A stretch of DNA of 64,000 bases from positions 63,490,001 through 63,554,000 of the forward strand of contig NC_045696.1 in assembly GCF_009834535.1 (NCBI RefSeq), written 5' to 3'. Both the position numbers and the translations under genes were made by a program. Below the pieces are notes generated by a model that saw nothing but the letters and a program-made list of their open reading frames with translations, was not told the origin of the DNA and made no database searches. This stretch comes from Camelus ferus (lineage: Eukaryota). Each line of letters begins with the position of its first letter. The stretch's first letter is position 1. Positions 61,275-64,000 of the stretch are shown here, in pieces.

Positions 61275-61486
61275 GACTGCACTGTCCAACAGGGTAGCTA
61301 CCAGACACAGACGGCTATTTAAATTTGTTTAAGTTAACTAAATGCAATACAATGTAAAACTCAGTTTCTCAGTTATGTTATCTACATTTCAAGTGCCCGG
61401 TAGCCACGTGTGGCTAGTTGCTACCATATTGGACCGCACAGAATACAGCCGTTCTATCATCACTGAATGTTCTATGGATAGCCCTG
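61275..61486. mobile_element. MER3-like hAT MITE
   Basis: acatttcaagtgcccggtagccacgtgtggctagttgctaccatattggac and terminal ttctatggatagccctg. Confidence 0.75.
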
Positions 61487-63686
61487 GTACAGAAAGTGGC
61501 TTTTCAGCCACTAGCTTTTACTGTTCTATTTTTAAAGGGTTAGCTACTTTTTGCCTTCTCCTTCTGCCTTTCTTCTTAAGTGATCTCTCCCTTCCATCTC
61601 TTCCCATAATATTTTGAGGACTCAAGTTGTTATTGTTGACATTGATACCCTGTAAGTCTACATCTCACTTCCACTGTATTCATTCCACTGGACCAAATAG
61701 CTTTGCTTTTCTGTGCCTTGTTTTCCCTGGGCTGCTAATACTGTCCCTGTTGCCCCTCAAGCAGCTGTGAGAACAAATGCAGAAGGCTTTAAGCCTGCCA
61801 GAAGGAGTAGCCAAGAGGCCAAAGTACTAAGGATCTTTTTGTACCTGGGGAGAAGCTGCCCTTCCTCAGGATGGAGCACACTGACCTGGGACCCCCCTCG
61901 GTGGGGGTCAGGGGGCACTGCAAAGGGAGCCAGTTTGTCTGGGAGCCAGCTTTTCTTAAGTTGAGCTGGAATGCCTTAAAGCACAGCACCTAGCTGACAG
62001 ACGGAGGGGACATCACGACAAGCTTCATCTGGGTTATAAACTTACTGCTACGGCAATGCGTAATTTATATTGTACTTTTCCTCCAGACAAGTGAATTCCC
62101 TCTTACATTTATTGTTATGTTTATGCTTTTGATATCCCAAGAGCGAAAGGGGGCATCTTTGATGTGACAGCCAATGTAACTTGCTGAGTGTTCTGTCGTC
62201 TGCTGGGAGCCCATGTGTAGGTAACACTCCTGCCACAGCATGCAAAGAATGTCACTCATTCTGGGGTATCAGTGACAGGATTTTCAGGGCAGTCACTACA
62301 TGCACAAGCCCCTATGCCAAGGGACAGAGTTGGCTGACCAAAGAGGAAGACCTCAGTGGGCGACATCATATAGTCATTCCTTCCCTTGAACTTAACTGGT
62401 TGTGCGCCCTGTCACTGGGCTAGCGGTGGGCAGAGAGAGATGATAGAACCAGATTGTTGTCCTCCAGAGGAAAACCAGTTACCTCCAATTTAGTAAAGTG
62501 ACGAGTCTTGCTGAAATAAAAACCAATTTTATGTGGATGTGATTGACTCAGGCTCCTGGCACTACTAGCATCTTTCTCCCCTTCCCGCTGTATCTTTAAA
62601 TTTAGATATTGGCTTAATAAGTATCCACCGAACGCCTCCTGCATGCTGGGCCCTGGGCTTGGAGCTGAGGAGGATGCGGAGATCATCAGTGAGGGCCGTG
62701 GGTCCGGGAGCTCACAGGCCACGGTGGAGATGCCACTTGCATCAATATACAAAGCAGACTGTGATCAGCCGTCTAAGTGGGGCCCCACAGACAAGCCACT
62801 GGGCAAGAACACAGACTCACCGAAGAGCCGTCAGATCTGGCAAAGTAACTCTCCGGTGGGTTGGTACGACTTTCTCCAGTGTCCTCACTTGGGGCTCCCT
62901 ATGGGTTTCAGCAGCCTGGGTAGCTGGAGTTTGACAGGCACAGGTAGGATGGCTCTCTCCCGCTCTCCCAGTATTCTGAGATTCCCTGTTTCCTTGGCAG
63001 GATCAGGGGATAGAAACCATTCATGACCTCAGTGAATGTCCGCCCTGGAAAAGGGTCCAAAGAGGCTTTAGTCCAATTTCCCTCATTTGGACAAACTGAG
63101 GCCCAAAGAAGGAACCTGCTCTCATTGGGAACCCATGAAGCAGAGCGGTGGTGCGGCCTGTCTCGGAGCCCTCGGGGTTGGCATTATTCCTCTGAAGGTA
63201 TCTAAAGAAGAACAGAGCAAGGGGGTCCCCTGCTGCCTACAGCACAGAGATATCTGTCACGGGAACGAAGGGAAAACCCACAGTGAACAAGCTGTCTCTT
63301 CTTGTCTGCGCCATTTTCCCACGTCGGGAGCAGACCATGCTGAGAAATTTAGGTTTCTCCTTTCATGTTGCCTTTCACTGCACACTGGACAGAAGGCCTT
63401 TCTTTCCCCTCTTTCTTTGGCAGGATCCTGATGAAGCCTGTAGAAAAAGAATCTTTTAAGAACATATATATCTATCTATCGAGATACATTCAGGCCCTGA
63501 CAGTGACACGAAACTGTAGTGCCTCTTAATTACCCAGGAAGTGACAAGGTCAAGAGGTGTCTGCAAGCTGCCTTGTGGTTCTGGGCATTGATTTCTCAGC
63601 ATTGTCGCCGCTTCACAAGCTAAAGTGGGGGCCACGGCGCCTGGGCTTTGTCCACTGTTTGGATTTTCTTTCTTCCTCCCTCACTC

Positions 63687-63710
63687 TTTTTTTTTTTTTT
63701 TTTTTTTTTT
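63687..63710. repeat. Poly-T tract
   Basis: Read directly. Confidence 0.95.
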
Positions 63711-64000
63711 AATTTGAAAAGAAACTTCTGGCATTTTGAGTATTGGTGGAAATGTATAAAAGCAGGATGCATTTCAGGTTGGCTGACCAGTCATGACTGC
63801 TGCCTGGGCGCTGGGGGGGGAGTCACCCCTCCACCCCAGGCCTCATTCTCCGGCTGCTCTCTCCCACTCTCTCCCTATTACTTTTGGACTTTCCAGGAGA
63901 AAATGTCAGAGAAGATTTTTACTGTCCATAAACAGCCACTGGCTTTATTTATGGTCTTAAGTTACGTCCTTAGTTCTTGCTGCAGAGTTTTGAGGCAGAT

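Noticed and set aside
1..64000. CRISPR arrays, operons, defence systems, rRNA, snoRNA or miRNA hairpins, processed pseudogenes
   Set aside because: Mammalian DNA with no spaced direct-repeat array and no recognisable RNA gene or retrocopy. Weakly conserved ncRNAs cannot be excluded by eye.

Overview
Mammalian genomic DNA, most likely camelid (three tRNA-derived Vic-1-type SINEs). The only protein-coding gene I can support is HES1 on the minus strand: 4 exons, join(18848-18741, 18598-18503, 18267-18180, 17524-16974), 843 nt / 280 aa, all introns GT-AG. It has the classic TATA, N-box and paired RBPJ (SPS) promoter and a miR-9 site in the 3' UTR. The rest is non-coding: about 45 kb upstream and 16 kb downstream, with CpG islands on both sides of the gene, old repeats (MIR, L2, L1M, hAT MITEs, MaLR/ERVL LTRs), one 5'-truncated L1 with TSDs, and microsatellites. 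I found no new gene or enzymatic system. The best leads are regulatory and all are motif-based hypotheses: a second cryptic 16-bp-spaced RBPJ pair 9.6 kb upstream, a MEF2-RBPJ-N-box module in intron 3, four perfect ATF4/CEBP composite sites, a cap-proximal uORF, a possible divergent spliced lncRNA, and a distal promoter-like CpG patch. Repeat family names and comparisons with human/mouse HES1 are from memory, not from a search.
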